Part shown: piece by piece, positions 8,730 to 19,814 of the stretch
Layout of the letters: each line of letters opens with the position of its first letter
Position numbering within the stretch: the first letter of the stretch is position 1
Source: Salisapilia sapeloensis CBS 127946
Taxonomy: Eukaryota > Protista > Oomycota
Length of the DNA: 36,230 bases
NCBI GenBank assembly: GCA_023334545.1
Contig: JAADVB010000202.1
Span: forward strand, 1-36,230
Reading direction: 5' to 3'
The notes under the pieces: generated by a model
Told to the model about the DNA's origin: nothing
The model's database searches: none
What the model saw: the letters and a program-made list of their open reading frames with translations, nothing else
Program-made: the position numbers and the translations under genes

Positions 8730-10619
8730 CTATTCGACGCACTGGACGTCCTCTGGGACGCCGACGTGCTCCACAAAGTGACGGAGGATGCGTAGGTCCA
8801 AGTTCCGGTAGTCTTGCAGGGACTTGTGGGACTTGACGTCCAAGTCCACGACGGCCGGGACGCAGTTGAAGACCATGTTGCGGAAGGAGATCGGGTGCTC
8901 AAACTCGCGCAGGTGCTCAAATTGCTCCTGCGGCTTGCTCACGTCGCACGTGCTGGACTCACTAGAAGAGCGGCGGAGGTTAATCAGCAGCGAGCAGTCC
9001 TTGAGCGTCGTCGCCACTCGGAAACGCTGCAAGAGCTCTTCAAACACGTCGCGCGTCTGCTTGACAGTTAGTTCCTGTCTCAACGCATCCGACAGGTCCG
9101 GAGTCTTCGTGAGCGCAAAGTTAATGTACGTGACACTACGTGCCACACTTCCGGCGCCCTCCTCCATCTCTTCCCACTCCCTGTCGCTCGGTTCGAGTGT
9201 CGAAAGGTACTTGTCCACTGCCGTATCCAGCGGCATGTCCTTTTCCTCCTCTTCCGACAGTTCGAGCGAAGTGATCTTCCGGAGCAACTCTTGCACGTGC
9301 CATACGCCATCGACTGTGATGTGGTCCAGCTGCTGGAGCTTCTTCAAGTCTTCCAAGACGTCCAACTGCACCAGCACTTCGGTAATGAGCTCCACAACGT
9401 CCGGGAGCAGTCCCTGGTGAGCACGATCGTAGAGGTCCTGGTCCTTCATGCTCGAGTGCTTCGGCAAGACGGATGCGAGGGACTGGCACGACTGCTCCCA
9501 CGATCCGTTCTTCTTGCTGCGGCAGTATGAGTACTTTTGAGAAGCTCCTTTCGGCAGAGCGTCGGCAGAGAGACCTGTGAGGACATCAACAGCAGTGTCG
9601 TCTTGCGAGCGCAGAAAGACCTTGAAGTTGTTCTGAGGCGTCTGCTGGAGCGCCTGGAGCGCACGCTTGACGCGACTGCGATCGCGCGAAAAGAGGTCCA
9701 GAGGGCAGTAGCCACTCGTCTCGGCCACCTTTTTGGCGGACAGCTTCAAGTGCTGGTGCATGCAGAAGCGGCAGACACGCTTTTTGGCATCCGGAGTGTA
9801 CGGTCCTAGGGGTTTGAATCCGATCTTGGGCTTGAGCTCGATGCTGAGGTTTCGGAAGCAGCAGTCGAAGACGTTCTGGTGGGCAGAGCTGAGCATTCGA
9901 CGCAAGGACCGTGGAGGACCTGAGAGTCGAGGCGATGGAGAGGAAGAGTCCGAGTCCGAATCGTCGTCCATGTCCGCGTCTGGGATAACCGAAAGAGAGT
10001 CCACGGCATGGAGCTCCTGCTCTTCTTCCTCACTCACCTCAGTCTCACTATCTTCCAAGGCGGCGCTACGAGGCGGCAGTGTCACGTCCGGCAGGACCAT
10101 GACGCATTCGAGTGAGACGTCAATCTGGCTTTGTCTGCGGTGGTTCGGCCGGGACTCTAGACTCAGCAGCGAGTCGTTCAGCTCCGACAGAAACTCTCGA
10201 CTGACGTCCATGCGCTCGGCCACTTGCAAGTACCTAGATCTACGGTGCTCCACGTCGTCCGTCTGTCGAGCCAAGTACGGTAGAATGTCCTTAGTGGCAT
10301 ACTCGAGGACGCGCTGAGGCAGAGGGTAGTGCGGCTGGACATTGTTGTGTCCTTTGCTGGACTTGCGCTTGAGCTTTCGCGTGGACTCTGGCTTGACGAC
10401 GTCGTCCGGCACGTCGCACTTTTTAATGCGCAAGAGTCGACCGTAGAACTCTGGTTCGTCCGTACCTTGGTAGCGGTAGATGACGTTGGCGCCGCCTTCC
10501 GCAATGTACTTCCAGTCCTGGACGCGCAGCGTCGGTGAGAAGTTGGACGGAGGCTTTTCGTCGCTGATGTCGGCGCTCGGCCGGCGCTCGATCGTGGACC
10601 GTTGCTGCAGCAGGAACAT
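8730..10619 (-). CDS. IPK1: Inositol-pentakisphosphate 2-kinase
   Basis: Motifs YIAEGGANVIY, IELKPK, CRFCMHQHLK, YCPLDLFS, PQNNFKVF, ATTLKDCSLLI and VVDLDVKS occur in the expected order for the InsP5 2-kinase family. Confidence 0.9.
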   Translation of the reverse strand: MFLLQQRSTIERRPSADISDEKPPSNFSPTLRVQDWKYIAEGGANVIYRYQGTDEPEFYGRLLRIKKCDVPDDVVKPESTRKLKRKSSKGHNNVQPHYPLPQRVLEYATKDILPYLARQTDDVEHRRSRYLQVAERMDVSREFLSELNDSLLSLESRPNHRRQSQIDVSLECVMVLPDVTLPPRSAALEDSETEVSEEEEQELHAVDSLSVIPDADMDDDSDSDSSSPSPRLSGPPRSLRRMLSSAHQNVFDCCFRNLSIELKPKIGFKPLGPYTPDAKKRVCRFCMHQHLKLSAKKVAETSGYCPLDLFSRDRSRVKRALQALQQTPQNNFKVFLRSQDDTAVDVLTGLSADALPKGASQKYSYCRSKKNGSWEQSCQSLASVLPKHSSMKDQDLYDRAHQGLLPDVVELITEVLVQLDVLEDLKKLQQLDHITVDGVWHVQELLRKITSLELSEEEEKDMPLDTAVDKYLSTLEPSDREWEEMEEGAGSVARSVTYINFALTKTPDLSDALRQELTVKQTRDVFEELLQRFRVATTLKDCSLLINLRRSSSESSTCDVSKPQEQFEHLREFEHPISFRNMVFNCVPAVVDLDVKSHKSLQDYRNLDLRILRHFVEHVGVPEDVQCVE

Positions 10620-10816
10620 CGTTCGTCTCCACTCTTGTCTTCTTCAGTGGCAAAGAGTCCGAAGCTATTAGTATAGTGCGACACGCCAAAATTACATAGC
10701 AACAAACCGACAAAGATAGTGCGCAAAGTGGCACCAAACCGAAATTTTCACGGACGGCGAAACTTACATCTGATTCTCTTTCTGATTCTTAGACCTTGAA
10801 CCCTCGAGCTTAGAGC

Positions 10817-13210
10817 TTAGAGCTTGGCCGGACCGAGCTCGTGCTTGGCGATCGTACGCATGTGCACCTCGTCCGGTCCATCCGCAATGCGCAACGTCCT
10901 CAGCTGAGCGAAAAAGTAAGGTAGAACCGTGTCCTGACCGACGCCGGCGCCGCCGTGGATCTGAATGGCCCGGTCGACAACCTTGAGCGCCATGTTGGGC
11001 GCCACGATCTTGATCATCGCAATCTTCTGCGCAGCCTTCTTGTTGCCCGTCATGTCCATCGCGTGTGCGGCCTGCAGCGTCAGCAGTCTCGCGCTGTCAA
11101 TCTCACAGCGGCTCTCGGCGATCTGGGACGCCACCAGCGTATTCTCCGCGAGCTGCTGGCCAAACGCCGTCCGAGTCTTGGCTCGATGCACCATGAGGTC
11201 CAGGCAGCGTTCGGCAGCTCCGATCGTACGCATGCAGTGGTGGATGCGACCGGGTCCGAGTCTGGCCTGGGCGATCTCAAAGCCGCGACCTTCGCCGAGC
11301 AAGACGCTGCTAAACGGCACGCGAACGTCCTTGAAGGTGATCTGCATGTGGCCATGGGGAGCATCGTCGTACCCAAAGACACCCATGGGACGATCGATCG
11401 AGACGCCAGGCGTGTCCATCGGCACGAGGATCATGGACTGCTGGGCAAAAGGTTTGCCCGTGGGGTTCGTCTTGCCCATGACGATCATGAGCTTGCAGCG
11501 AGGATCTCCAGCGCCAGAGATGTAGAACTTGACGCCGTTGATGACGTACTCCTTACGCACTTCATCTCGCTCGATAAGCGTCTCAATGTTGGACGCATCC
11601 GACGACGCGACGTCCGGCTCGGTCATGGCAAAGCACGACCGGATGGTGCCCTGCAGCAACGGCTCCAGCCACTGCCTCTTCTGTTGCGGCGTGCCGAAGC
11701 GAGAGAGTATCTCCATGTTGCCAGTGTCCGGAGCGGCGCAGTTGAAGACCTCGGGCGCGAACATGATGCTTCTGCCGGTGAGTTCGCAGATGAGGCCGTA
11801 CTCGAGGTTGGTCAAGTCGCAGCCATAGCGTCTCGCAGGAGATCCGTCTTCCGAAGGGATGTCGACAGGAGGCAAGAACATGTTCCACAGACCTTTCTTC
11901 TTGGCCTCCTTCTTCAACTCTTCCGTGATCGAAGGCACGAGCTTCCACACGTGCCCATTGTCCCTCGCACGCTGGATCTGCTCCAGGTGGAGGTACTCTG
12001 CTGGATACACTTTCTCTTCACAAAAGGCCTTCACTTCGTCATACAGTCGCTGGGCGTGAGGTCGGATGGGGAACGGAAGCACCGTCGTGAGGTCCGATGA
12101 CGACATCGAAGAGGACGGAGGAGTCACAATGCGGTCCGAAAGGTCCAGCACTATCTCCATGGCCTTGGCAGAGTCAGCTGCGTGGGCAGACGAAGCGTTG
12201 CCTTGGAGAGACCGAGCGTAGACGCCGTGGAGGATGCCAGCGTACCGGTAGACCACCATCCCCATAAAGGCATTCCAGGAAGTCTGCGACAACTGAAGGC
12301 AGCGGGAGCGACGGCAGTACCCTCGCAGCCACTCTCGCTCGTCTGGAATCCCCAGCTTTTGCAACGGAGCTCCGTCCAGACCAGGGAGCATCGCCTTGAG
12401 TCCACTGTTCTCGTTTGGAATGCGGTAGGTGAAGGCGAACGTGGCCACATCTGCCATCGGGTTGCCGATCGTACAGAGCTCCCAGTCCAAAATAGCTAGG
12501 ACGCGCGGCTCAGTCGGATGGAAGACGAGGTTGTCCAGGCGGAAGTCGCCGTGAACGATTGACGCTCTGCCCTTGGTCTCGTCCTCGGCCTCGTCCACAT
12601 GCGCTTCCAGCCACTTTTGCAGTCGCTGGAGCTTGGGACTGGGAGACACTCCGGCCTTTTGGAGAGCAGGCTCACCCGATGCGATCTGTTTACTCCAGCG
12701 CTGGACGACGCGGCTGCAATACTTCTCCGGCTTGCCAAAGCCTTCGAGTCCAACCTTCTTGTAGTCGACGCTGTGGAGCTTTACGAGCGCATCGAGCGCA
12801 GCACTGTAGATGGCGTAGCGGTGGAGGGGCTTGACATCACGTAGTGTAGTGTCCATAAAGATTCGTCCCTGTACATATTGCATGAGGTAGAAGGCAGTGC
12901 CGAGGACAGTGGTGTCTTCGCAGAGGAGAATGGGCTTGGGCACCGGGACGTTGGTGAAGTGGAGGGCTTGCAGTACCCGGTACTCTCGCTCGACGGCATG
13001 GGCCGATGGCAAGATGGGTCCGTGGGGCTTTTTGCGTAGCACCCACTGAGCGTTGGATCCGCCGAAGCGGACGTAGTACGTCGGATTGGACTGTCCGTGG
13101 TCGAACTGGCTGAGCTCCGAGATGGCTCCGTGGTGGGCGCCGAGGTGTGCGTGGACGTACTTTTCCAGTGCATTCGTATCGAGTGCAGCGCGTGTCTTTT
13201 GCAGCACCAT
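10817..13210 (-). CDS. ACAD11: ACAD10/ACAD11-type acyl-CoA dehydrogenase with N-terminal APH-like kinase domain, peroxisomal (PTS1)
   Basis: Kinase domain: [39 protein letters not shown] domain: [46 protein letters not shown]-terminus is -AKL. Likely start is MVLQKT at 13210 (ORF open to 13282). Confidence 0.92.
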   Translation of the reverse strand: MVLQKTRAALDTNALEKYVHAHLGAHHGAISELSQFDHGQSNPTYYVRFGGSNAQWVLRKKPHGPILPSAHAVEREYRVLQALHFTNVPVPKPILLCEDTTVLGTAFYLMQYVQGRIFMDTTLRDVKPLHRYAIYSAALDALVKLHSVDYKKVGLEGFGKPEKYCSRVVQRWSKQIASGEPALQKAGVSPSPKLQRLQKWLEAHVDEAEDETKGRASIVHGDFRLDNLVFHPTEPRVLAILDWELCTIGNPMADVATFAFTYRIPNENSGLKAMLPGLDGAPLQKLGIPDEREWLRGYCRRSRCLQLSQTSWNAFMGMVVYRYAGILHGVYARSLQGNASSAHAADSAKAMEIVLDLSDRIVTPPSSSMSSSDLTTVLPFPIRPHAQRLYDEVKAFCEEKVYPAEYLHLEQIQRARDNGHVWKLVPSITEELKKEAKKKGLWNMFLPPVDIPSEDGSPARRYGCDLTNLEYGLICELTGRSIMFAPEVFNCAAPDTGNMEILSRFGTPQQKRQWLEPLLQGTIRSCFAMTEPDVASSDASNIETLIERDEVRKEYVINGVKFYISGAGDPRCKLMIVMGKTNPTGKPFAQQSMILVPMDTPGVSIDRPMGVFGYDDAPHGHMQITFKDVRVPFSSVLLGEGRGFEIAQARLGPGRIHHCMRTIGAAERCLDLMVHRAKTRTAFGQQLAENTLVASQIAESRCEIDSARLLTLQAAHAMDMTGNKKAAQKIAMIKIVAPNMALKVVDRAIQIHGGAGVGQDTVLPYFFAQLRTLRIADGPDEVHMRTIAKHELGPAKL

Positions 13211-13554
13211 GGTGTCGTCGAGTGGGAAAGATGTGGCGAGCGGGAGGCAAATGCAGATGTGCTCGCAGTTGAACTCGATCACTTTGGTTTAGGCAAACAA
13301 TTCATTCGGTTTCAGAGGTTTGGAAACTTCAACCTAGTCATCTTGATCAGGTATCCTCTTCCAGAGGTGCCACGCATAGGACGATGGAGGAGGTCGAAAG
13401 AGGACGGATGCAGCAACGTAAGAATAAGAGTATTTGATCTTTGTATGTGCATGTGTTCATGGGCTAGAAGCAGCTAGATAACAGAATGTGCATGTCGGAT
13501 TCCGTGTAAAGTACGAATGCAACACGAAAGTGGACAGAAAACAGCAGGAGGGAC

Positions 13555-16016
13555 ATGGCCAAGCGAAAGGCGCTGGCGGCGCAGTTCGAGGCTGCTTGCG
13601 AAGAAGTGGATCGCCTGTCTCAAGGCTACTTGGATGGAATTATTGCACTGCAGCAGTCGCTACGCCCGGATCTGCCCCCAGAGGGCGTCGTGCAGTGGTT
13701 TCAGCTCGTGCGTCATAATTTGCTCTGGAATCGGTGGCTTTGCACTCATCCTCTTGCCTTGGTAGTATTTACGAGTCGTGGACATTGGAGTCGAGATCCG
13801 ACGTGGAGAGCGGCGACATCAGTCAAGCTCGCCGATCAAGTGGAAGCGACTGCACCATACAGGCACAAAAGGAGCTGTTCATACTGGTATGTCCTCCATC
13901 TTTTATCTATGTTGAGCAGACAGGCTAATTGGATCCAGGATTGAGCATTGATGATGCGAATGAAGTGCTGCGGAAATTGGAAGAAAGTGGCAGTGTCAAG
14001 TCATCCAAGATGGACCTCTACTTCACCCGCATCGATACTCTCGACACGGACCAGATTGGCAGTCTGGACGCTCGAGTTAACCAGTGTTTGCAGCAACTCT
14101 TGAATACGCACAGCAAGTACTACAGTCGTGTAGAAGTTGGAGGCAGTGATCCACACCAGACACTCTATGTCTATCGCAGTCCGAATGCGTCCAAAGCGTC
14201 CGTCAGCTACTCTCGAGTGTGCTTTGGACCCACGACCTGCGTTTGTGGAAGTGATGCAGAGCCTTGGGTTGGATTTGAAATTACGGCCACAGAGTCGACA
14301 ATGGAGAGCGTCAAGCGAGCGAAGGAAGAGGATGTCGAAATGGAAGAAGTCGGTCTGTCTGACTTGAAACGACAGTTTGGCTTTGAGCCAGAGCAGCAGG
14401 AGGAACCCGTTGATTTTAAAAGCAAAATGTCAAGAGGAAGAGCTGTCAGTAGCCGAAGTCGATCTGACTATTCTACCGATAAAGTTCCCCACCGACCAAC
14501 GACGGCAAAAGACGTCTACTTCTATCAGGTATAAATTGGTTTGCTCTAGTTAAGATCTTCTGCACGAGCTCCAGCTAACACGTTGACATAGTGCAAAGAA
14601 AAGGACGTAGAGCCGGAAGCAACTTTCATTCAGCTCTTTACATTCACAAATGGCAGTCTCAGTCTACGCTTAACAGAGTCTCTGGGTCAACATTTGACGA
14701 GTGCATGCTTCAATATTCTGCTAGCGGTGCTGTCACAGTGCGAGTCCGTTGTTTCCCAACTGGACCTGTCGGATGCATTCCTGGATGAGCAAGCCTTTCC
14801 TCTTCTCTGCAACCTACTACAGCTACGTGCCATCCGATCCAGCCTTACCAGCATCCGCTTGCGAGGGCTTGCACTGCCTCGTCCGTCCGACTTGGCGATA
14901 CTGTTGGAAGCTTTAAATGGAACCGACTCGGATGCATTGGATGGACTCTGTATAGTCGACTTGTCTTACAATGAAATCCAAGATGAGAAAACTGCAAGAC
15001 AGGTCCAACTGTTGCTGGAGTCGAAGGACCAATTGCAATGGGTATCCTTATCGTCTTGTATACTGAGTGATCCATCAGCTGTGGTCCTCAATCACCTTTT
15101 TGCACTCACGGATACCTGCTTTCCTCGTCTTCACGCACTTCAATTCGACCATAATTGTCTTCCTATTTCTCTTTTGAAGGCAATAATGGAATGTGGAGTG
15201 AAAGAACTGTCACTGGAAGGCTTTAATGTGTCAGCATCTCAGTCAGAGGCAGAGAGTGAGGATGCAGACATGGAAGGTGATCTAACGGATGTCTCAGATG
15301 TGAATGTCAAGGTGCTGCAGTCTCTGGCGTTGTCTCCGTCCTCTACATCTTCGCTAGATTTTCTTCCGTCTCTGATACAATCCTTCGTTAGGACGCTGCA
15401 GCAAGGAGGTGCTGAAATGATCCACTTGCATCTCACCTCTCCAACAAGGACAGTCATTCCAGTGGTCGAACAGCAGCTATTGCCAGCTATTCGACAGCAC
15501 CAAAAGCTGCAGTCCTTGACTCTTCGTTTTCCGCATGATGCTGTGTCCAGGTCGGAAGAGCACACTGCCGGTCGTGTTGAAGTGCTAAAGCCGTGGAGAT
15601 TGCTTCTGAACGAAGGCTTGAGTAGGTGCAGCAAGCTGGAAGTCGTCGTCCCGTATTCTGTGCGTGAGGAAGAAATTAAGGACATAATTGGGAATGCTCA
15701 CGTGCCTAAGCTGAGGACGCTGTCTGTGTCATTCTCATTGTGGCAAAGCGAAAGTGTGGAAGCAGTTTATTGGCGAAATGTGTTTGCATCGAGTTCTCTC
15801 GGATTGGATGAAGTGTGGCTGGATGTATGCTGCCCTGTAGATGGCACAAGGCCCGTAAGCGATGTTGTGCAACGTGTGCAAGCAGCGTGGAAGAGTACTG
15901 GAGAGAAAAAAGAAATGGAGGTGCGATCATATGCAGAAGTAATATTTGTTCGAGCTGTCATCCAAAAGGCGACAGTCGTTGGGATGACAACAAAGTTGCC
16001 ATACGAGGCGGATTAA
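13555..16016 (+). CDS. RNI-like leucine-rich-repeat protein; exons 13555-13707, 13766-13886, 13939-14528, 14592-16016
   Basis: Three GT-AG introns (58, 52 and 63 nt) give one continuous frame. LRR units include QLDLSDAFLD, IVDLSYNEIQD, WVSLSSCILSD and ALQFDHNCLP, preceded by YQCKEKDVEP. Confidence 0.7.
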
Positions 16017-16498
16017 CAGGGTAATAGACTCAGGAGTAAAGCGATACCTCTGGCTTGTATGCGGGTTTTAATCGGTTGGGATTAGTTGCCATCAGTAGGA
16101 GTGATTATAGCATTGCATTCTACTAGCAATGTATGAAGAGTAGATCAAAGGGTCAAAATGGAGTTTGAAATAGTTTGTTCGCTAGGCACTAACTCCCACT
16201 ACTGCATTTCTACCACGCTACCGAGCTTTCTTGCTAAAGTTCCTCAGATTTCCATAAGACCCCATAACATTAAGTGGCTGGACTCAAGTGGCAGCTTTTT
16301 ACCTTTTTAATCCTTGTTAAAAGCATAAAGGCGAGCTGATGTGGTGTAATTGCCTGGGAGCTGAATTAGGAAAACAGCAAATCTCCGTACTTTATGGAAT
16401 TTTAGATTGAAGTTAATTATGGAAGCTTCCAATCGTTCATTTATGGCGTGCTTGATGTGGGACGAGCTCGGCAAAAAACGTAGACCATCTACCCACCC

Positions 16499-16514
16499 TC
16501 TCATTCAGCAATTC
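16499..16514 (+). promoter_or_regulatory. Oomycete-type INR/FPR core promoter-like motif
   Basis: TCTCATTCAGCAATTC closely matches the oomycete consensus GCTCATTYBNNNWTTY and lies 22 nt upstream of the ATG of the small secreted protein. Confidence 0.5.
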
Positions 16515-16536
16515 GGAAGTGAAGAACGAAGCGAAG

Positions 16537-16758
16537 ATGCAGCTTTTTGTCATCTTTATATTGCTGGCCTACATTTCAATGGTTCACGCTGGACCTATCG
16601 CGTATGGCTTATGCCAGACCGCTTGTAACGCAGCGGCGGTATCTTGTTATGCTGCTGGAGGCGTAACGTTTGGGATCGGGGCAATTCCCACGTGCGGCGC
16701 GGCACAAGGCGCGTGCATGTCCGCATGCACACCACTTCTAGTCGCCCCTACTCCGTAG
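16537..16758 (+). CDS. Small secreted cysteine-rich protein (GPxAYGxCQ family, often annotated zygote-specific/cysteine-rich protein)
   Basis: Signal peptide MQLFVIFILLAYISMVHA, then GPIAYGLCQTACNAAAVSCYAAGG...CGAAQGACMSAC and C-terminal LLVAPTP. Six Cys in the mature peptide. Confidence 0.8.
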   Translation: MQLFVIFILLAYISMVHAGPIAYGLCQTACNAAAVSCYAAGGVTFGIGAIPTCGAAQGACMSACTPLLVAPTP

Positions 16759-16970
16759 CTGTAAGATGAATTAAATCAAAGCGTAGTATGGTTTGGATGG
16801 TGCAATTTTCTCGTAACCATAAAAGTTATGCATATGCTCGCCTTTTACACCAAGAACTTGACTAGAAGGCACTGGAGCGCCGGATCTAAAAAGTGATGGT
16901 AGACGCCTGATTCTAATGTCAACTTCACCTTGAAAAGTCGCACCAAGTATCTTTCGGACGAGAGGAGACG

Positions 16971-17783
16971 ATGCGGTGCAGCGTAGAGGCATTCAGCCTT
17001 CCCAAATGCATCATTCTTGCTACCATACTTGTTCGTTCTACTCTATGCTGTCGACTCGCTGGATCGAATACTGGTGAATGCACAGAGCCAGCGGATTTCG
17101 ACTTGTTGATCCCCTTTTGTAAGGCCGTCGTGCCATATACTGCGTGCTTGCCACGCTACCAGAGTCTATGGTATAACCATTCCTCGCTGGCAAAAGATCG
17201 GTTTGTGGAGCAAATGTACGAGAAGCTTGTGACGCAGCGAAAGATTGATGAGACGAATGAAACATTGCTGGACCTAGGAGAAGACGAATGGGGATCTCCA
17301 CACTCGATCGTACCTCGATACACGGACAACGAAGACTGCATGACTGCTTTCCGGAACTACTTTTGCTGGATGAACTTCCCTCGATGTGACGCAGAAGGTC
17401 GGAGCCTACTGATGTGTCGAAGTGTCTGTGAAAACTTCATGACAGCCTGCCAACTAGGAGAGGACTTGTGGCGATGTGGAGATCCGTACTATGTCAACGC
17501 GCGCGAGCCAGAGATCAGCACCACTTGGATCGTAAGTAGTCAGCTGCTAGTTGTACTAGTTAGGATTGAGACTAAAGTGTCGGAGTAGAATAATTCGCTA
17601 GTGTACTACCGAGCGCCGTTCCCTGGAAGTCCGTTCAAGGACAATGCAATGGACGAGTCGACCAACCAGCCTCTTGTCGTGTGTACGCCGAGCCTTCTGA
17701 ACCACAGCGCTAAGACTTCCGTGTCTCCCGTCCTCGCTTTCGTGGCCATCTTCTCAACTCTATACCAAACCACATGGAGCTAG
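16971..17783 (+). CDS. Secreted or GPI-anchored Frizzled-CRD-like cysteine-rich protein; exons 16971-17531 and 17589-17783
   Basis: Signal-like N-terminus and the Cys pattern CMTAFRNYFCWMNFPRC...MCRSVCENFMTAC. The GTAAGT intron 17532-17588 (57 nt, phase 0) joins to a hydrophobic C-terminal tail. Confidence 0.7.
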
Positions 17784-17890
17784 CAACGTCATATCAAAAC
17801 TACTCTTCGTGTTCCCTTTATTCAAGGTTGTTCATACAAATATTCATAGTTCCCCTTCCTATTTTCCACCGACATGCACAACAATCAAAC

Positions 17891-19675
17891 TTACTGGACC
17901 GGGCAGCCTTCGTCCTTTTCACCTCCGTCCGCCCCTCGGTCTCCATTCCCTCTTCTCACATCTTCCTTGATGACAGGAACATTCGGCACCACTTTACCAT
18001 TCGCACTGTCGCTCTCACAGCTGCAGGCAAAGCTGTTGGCGACGCCAGCAAAGTAGCAGTGGTTGCACTTGTCGCAGTGCTCGTTGCGATGGTCCACGCA
18101 GCGTCGGCACTTGGAGCAGTGCTTCCTCGGCTTTTTCTCATCCGGACAGAGCTTGTGGTTGCACCAAGAGTACGTGTACTTTGTCCCGCAGTCTGGACAG
18201 ATGAAACCGTTCTCTGCCGCCTCCACCACCTGCACCTGCCGCTTGCAGCAGTCGATCGTCACGTACGATCGCAGTAAATCTCTCATGTCCTTGATCTTCG
18301 ACAGGTGCTGCATCAAGCATACATCCTGCGTCATCTTGACCGTGTCGATGCCTTCTTGCTGCATCGGCTCGAATGGATTGGCACACTCGACACACTTGCA
18401 CTGGGCACCGCAGACCATGCCAGCCTTGACGCAGGCACAACGAGCGTTGCGACATCTCCCAGTGCACTTGCATCGGACGTCATCGTCTCGAACGTTCACA
18501 GTGCTCGTGACGGTCGTTTGATGGAGACTTTTCTTTGACGGCCGGCGGCCTGTCGGATCCGGCACGGACGTTGCGAACTGGCCGACCTCTGGCTTGCTCA
18601 AGTCCTCCGGCGCATCCGACGTCCGACCGTACTGAACGTACTCGGGAGATATGATAGCCTTCCGCTTGTTCTTTTCTTCCTGCCTCCGTTCGATCGCATC
18701 TGTATTAGAACTTTGCAACGTCTCGGAGCCATCGCCAAAGGTAGTTGGGGTAATCAACGGCACGGATGCGTCCCTCGGTATGTCCTGCGGCTCTTCATTC
18801 AGAGCAAATTGACCTACAAACGACACAACTGTACTCCGCAGCGACTGGAATGGTCGAGAAAAGTAGGTGCCGTCGCCTCCTGTCGCCTCTTCTTTGATCG
18901 GCTCTGTCTTGTTGGGCGCAGTACGAGGCGCTTGAGGGACACCTGACGGATGATGCACCGACGCGTTCGCAGCGGTTGCAGGGTCTGCGTGAGGTCCTTG
19001 CTGCGGAATGACTCGCCACTTGCCACCCTCTCGCTGGCCCTTGTCGAGACCACCGACCGCTTCGTTGTACGCTTTCCAGTCGATAATGTCCGAGGATGGT
19101 GTTCTCGCCAGTCCTGAGGAAGAGACGTTCTCACTAGAAACAACGCCTCCAGCACTTCCGCTGACGCTTTCTCCGCCAGCACTCAAGTTTGGTGTGACCA
19201 ACTGGGCTGGAGAGACGAGGCCAGAGAGCGAATCGGAGCTCGTGGACTTTGCGAGAGACTGGAGCCAGTTAATGGTGGCAGGAGACATGGAAGGGTGGCT
19301 GAGAAAGTCTCCTGGAGATATGTCAGCCACTCCCTGACTGCTGCTGAGCGAGTGGGAGCGAGGAAGCTGGACTTTGCCACCAAGGTCTCCGTCCGGAACG
19401 GTCTGAGCTTCGTCCGAATTTAAATTAAAGTACATGGAGAAAGCGTCGCCTAGATCGTCATCCTCTGCAAGCGTATTGGAGGACGCGTTCAATTGGCCTG
19501 GTGCGGAGCTTGTGTTCTGTGCGACAGTCGGTTCGATGGCGACAGGACCGAGCTCTGGAGGTGTCGGCATATCTGGCGTGTTTCCTGACGCCATGGTGGA
19601 CTGCAGGAATTCCCACATCCGCTCCTCTTCCGTCGGCTCCATCGACGTCTGCTGCGTTGCTTGGCCAGTCTGCAT
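17891..19675 (-). CDS. Tesmin/TSO1-like CXC domain protein with C-terminal Cys/His zinc fingers (start 19675 or 19642)
   Basis: CKCTGRCRNARCACVKAGMVCGAQCKCVECANP (CXC), then CPDCG...WCNHKLC and HCSKCRRCVDHRNEHCDKCNHC. The N-terminal half is S/P-rich and probably disordered. Confidence 0.7.
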   Translation of the reverse strand: MQTGQATQQTSMEPTEEERMWEFLQSTMASGNTPDMPTPPELGPVAIEPTVAQNTSSAPGQLNASSNTLAEDDDLGDAFSMYFNLNSDEAQTVPDGDLGGKVQLPRSHSLSSSQGVADISPGDFLSHPSMSPATINWLQSLAKSTSSDSLSGLVSPAQLVTPNLSAGGESVSGSAGGVVSSENVSSSGLARTPSSDIIDWKAYNEAVGGLDKGQREGGKWRVIPQQGPHADPATAANASVHHPSGVPQAPRTAPNKTEPIKEEATGGDGTYFSRPFQSLRSTVVSFVGQFALNEEPQDIPRDASVPLITPTTFGDGSETLQSSNTDAIERRQEEKNKRKAIISPEYVQYGRTSDAPEDLSKPEVGQFATSVPDPTGRRPSKKSLHQTTVTSTVNVRDDDVRCKCTGRCRNARCACVKAGMVCGAQCKCVECANPFEPMQQEGIDTVKMTQDVCLMQHLSKIKDMRDLLRSYVTIDCCKRQVQVVEAAENGFICPDCGTKYTYSWCNHKLCPDEKKPRKHCSKCRRCVDHRNEHCDKCNHCYFAGVANSFACSCESDSANGKVVPNVPVIKEDVRRGNGDRGADGGEKDEGCPVQ

Positions 19676-19814
19676 GGGCTTCAGCCTGCGCGTAGGACCG
19701 TGTCTATCCGTGTGGTGCCGGCACTTGATCTTTGTATAGGCAGATTCGATGTTTCGTAAAAGGGTGTTTGAAACAGGTTTGTTCGGAATAAAGCTCATCT
19801 TGTGGACGCGAAAC

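Noticed and set aside
10955-12100. 381-aa plus-strand ORF and many other long antisense or overlapping ORFs (e.g. 8020-8601, 9733-10317, 24975-25715)
   Set aside because: They lie opposite well-supported genes, show no recognisable motifs, and are typical antisense shadows of GC-rich coding sequence.
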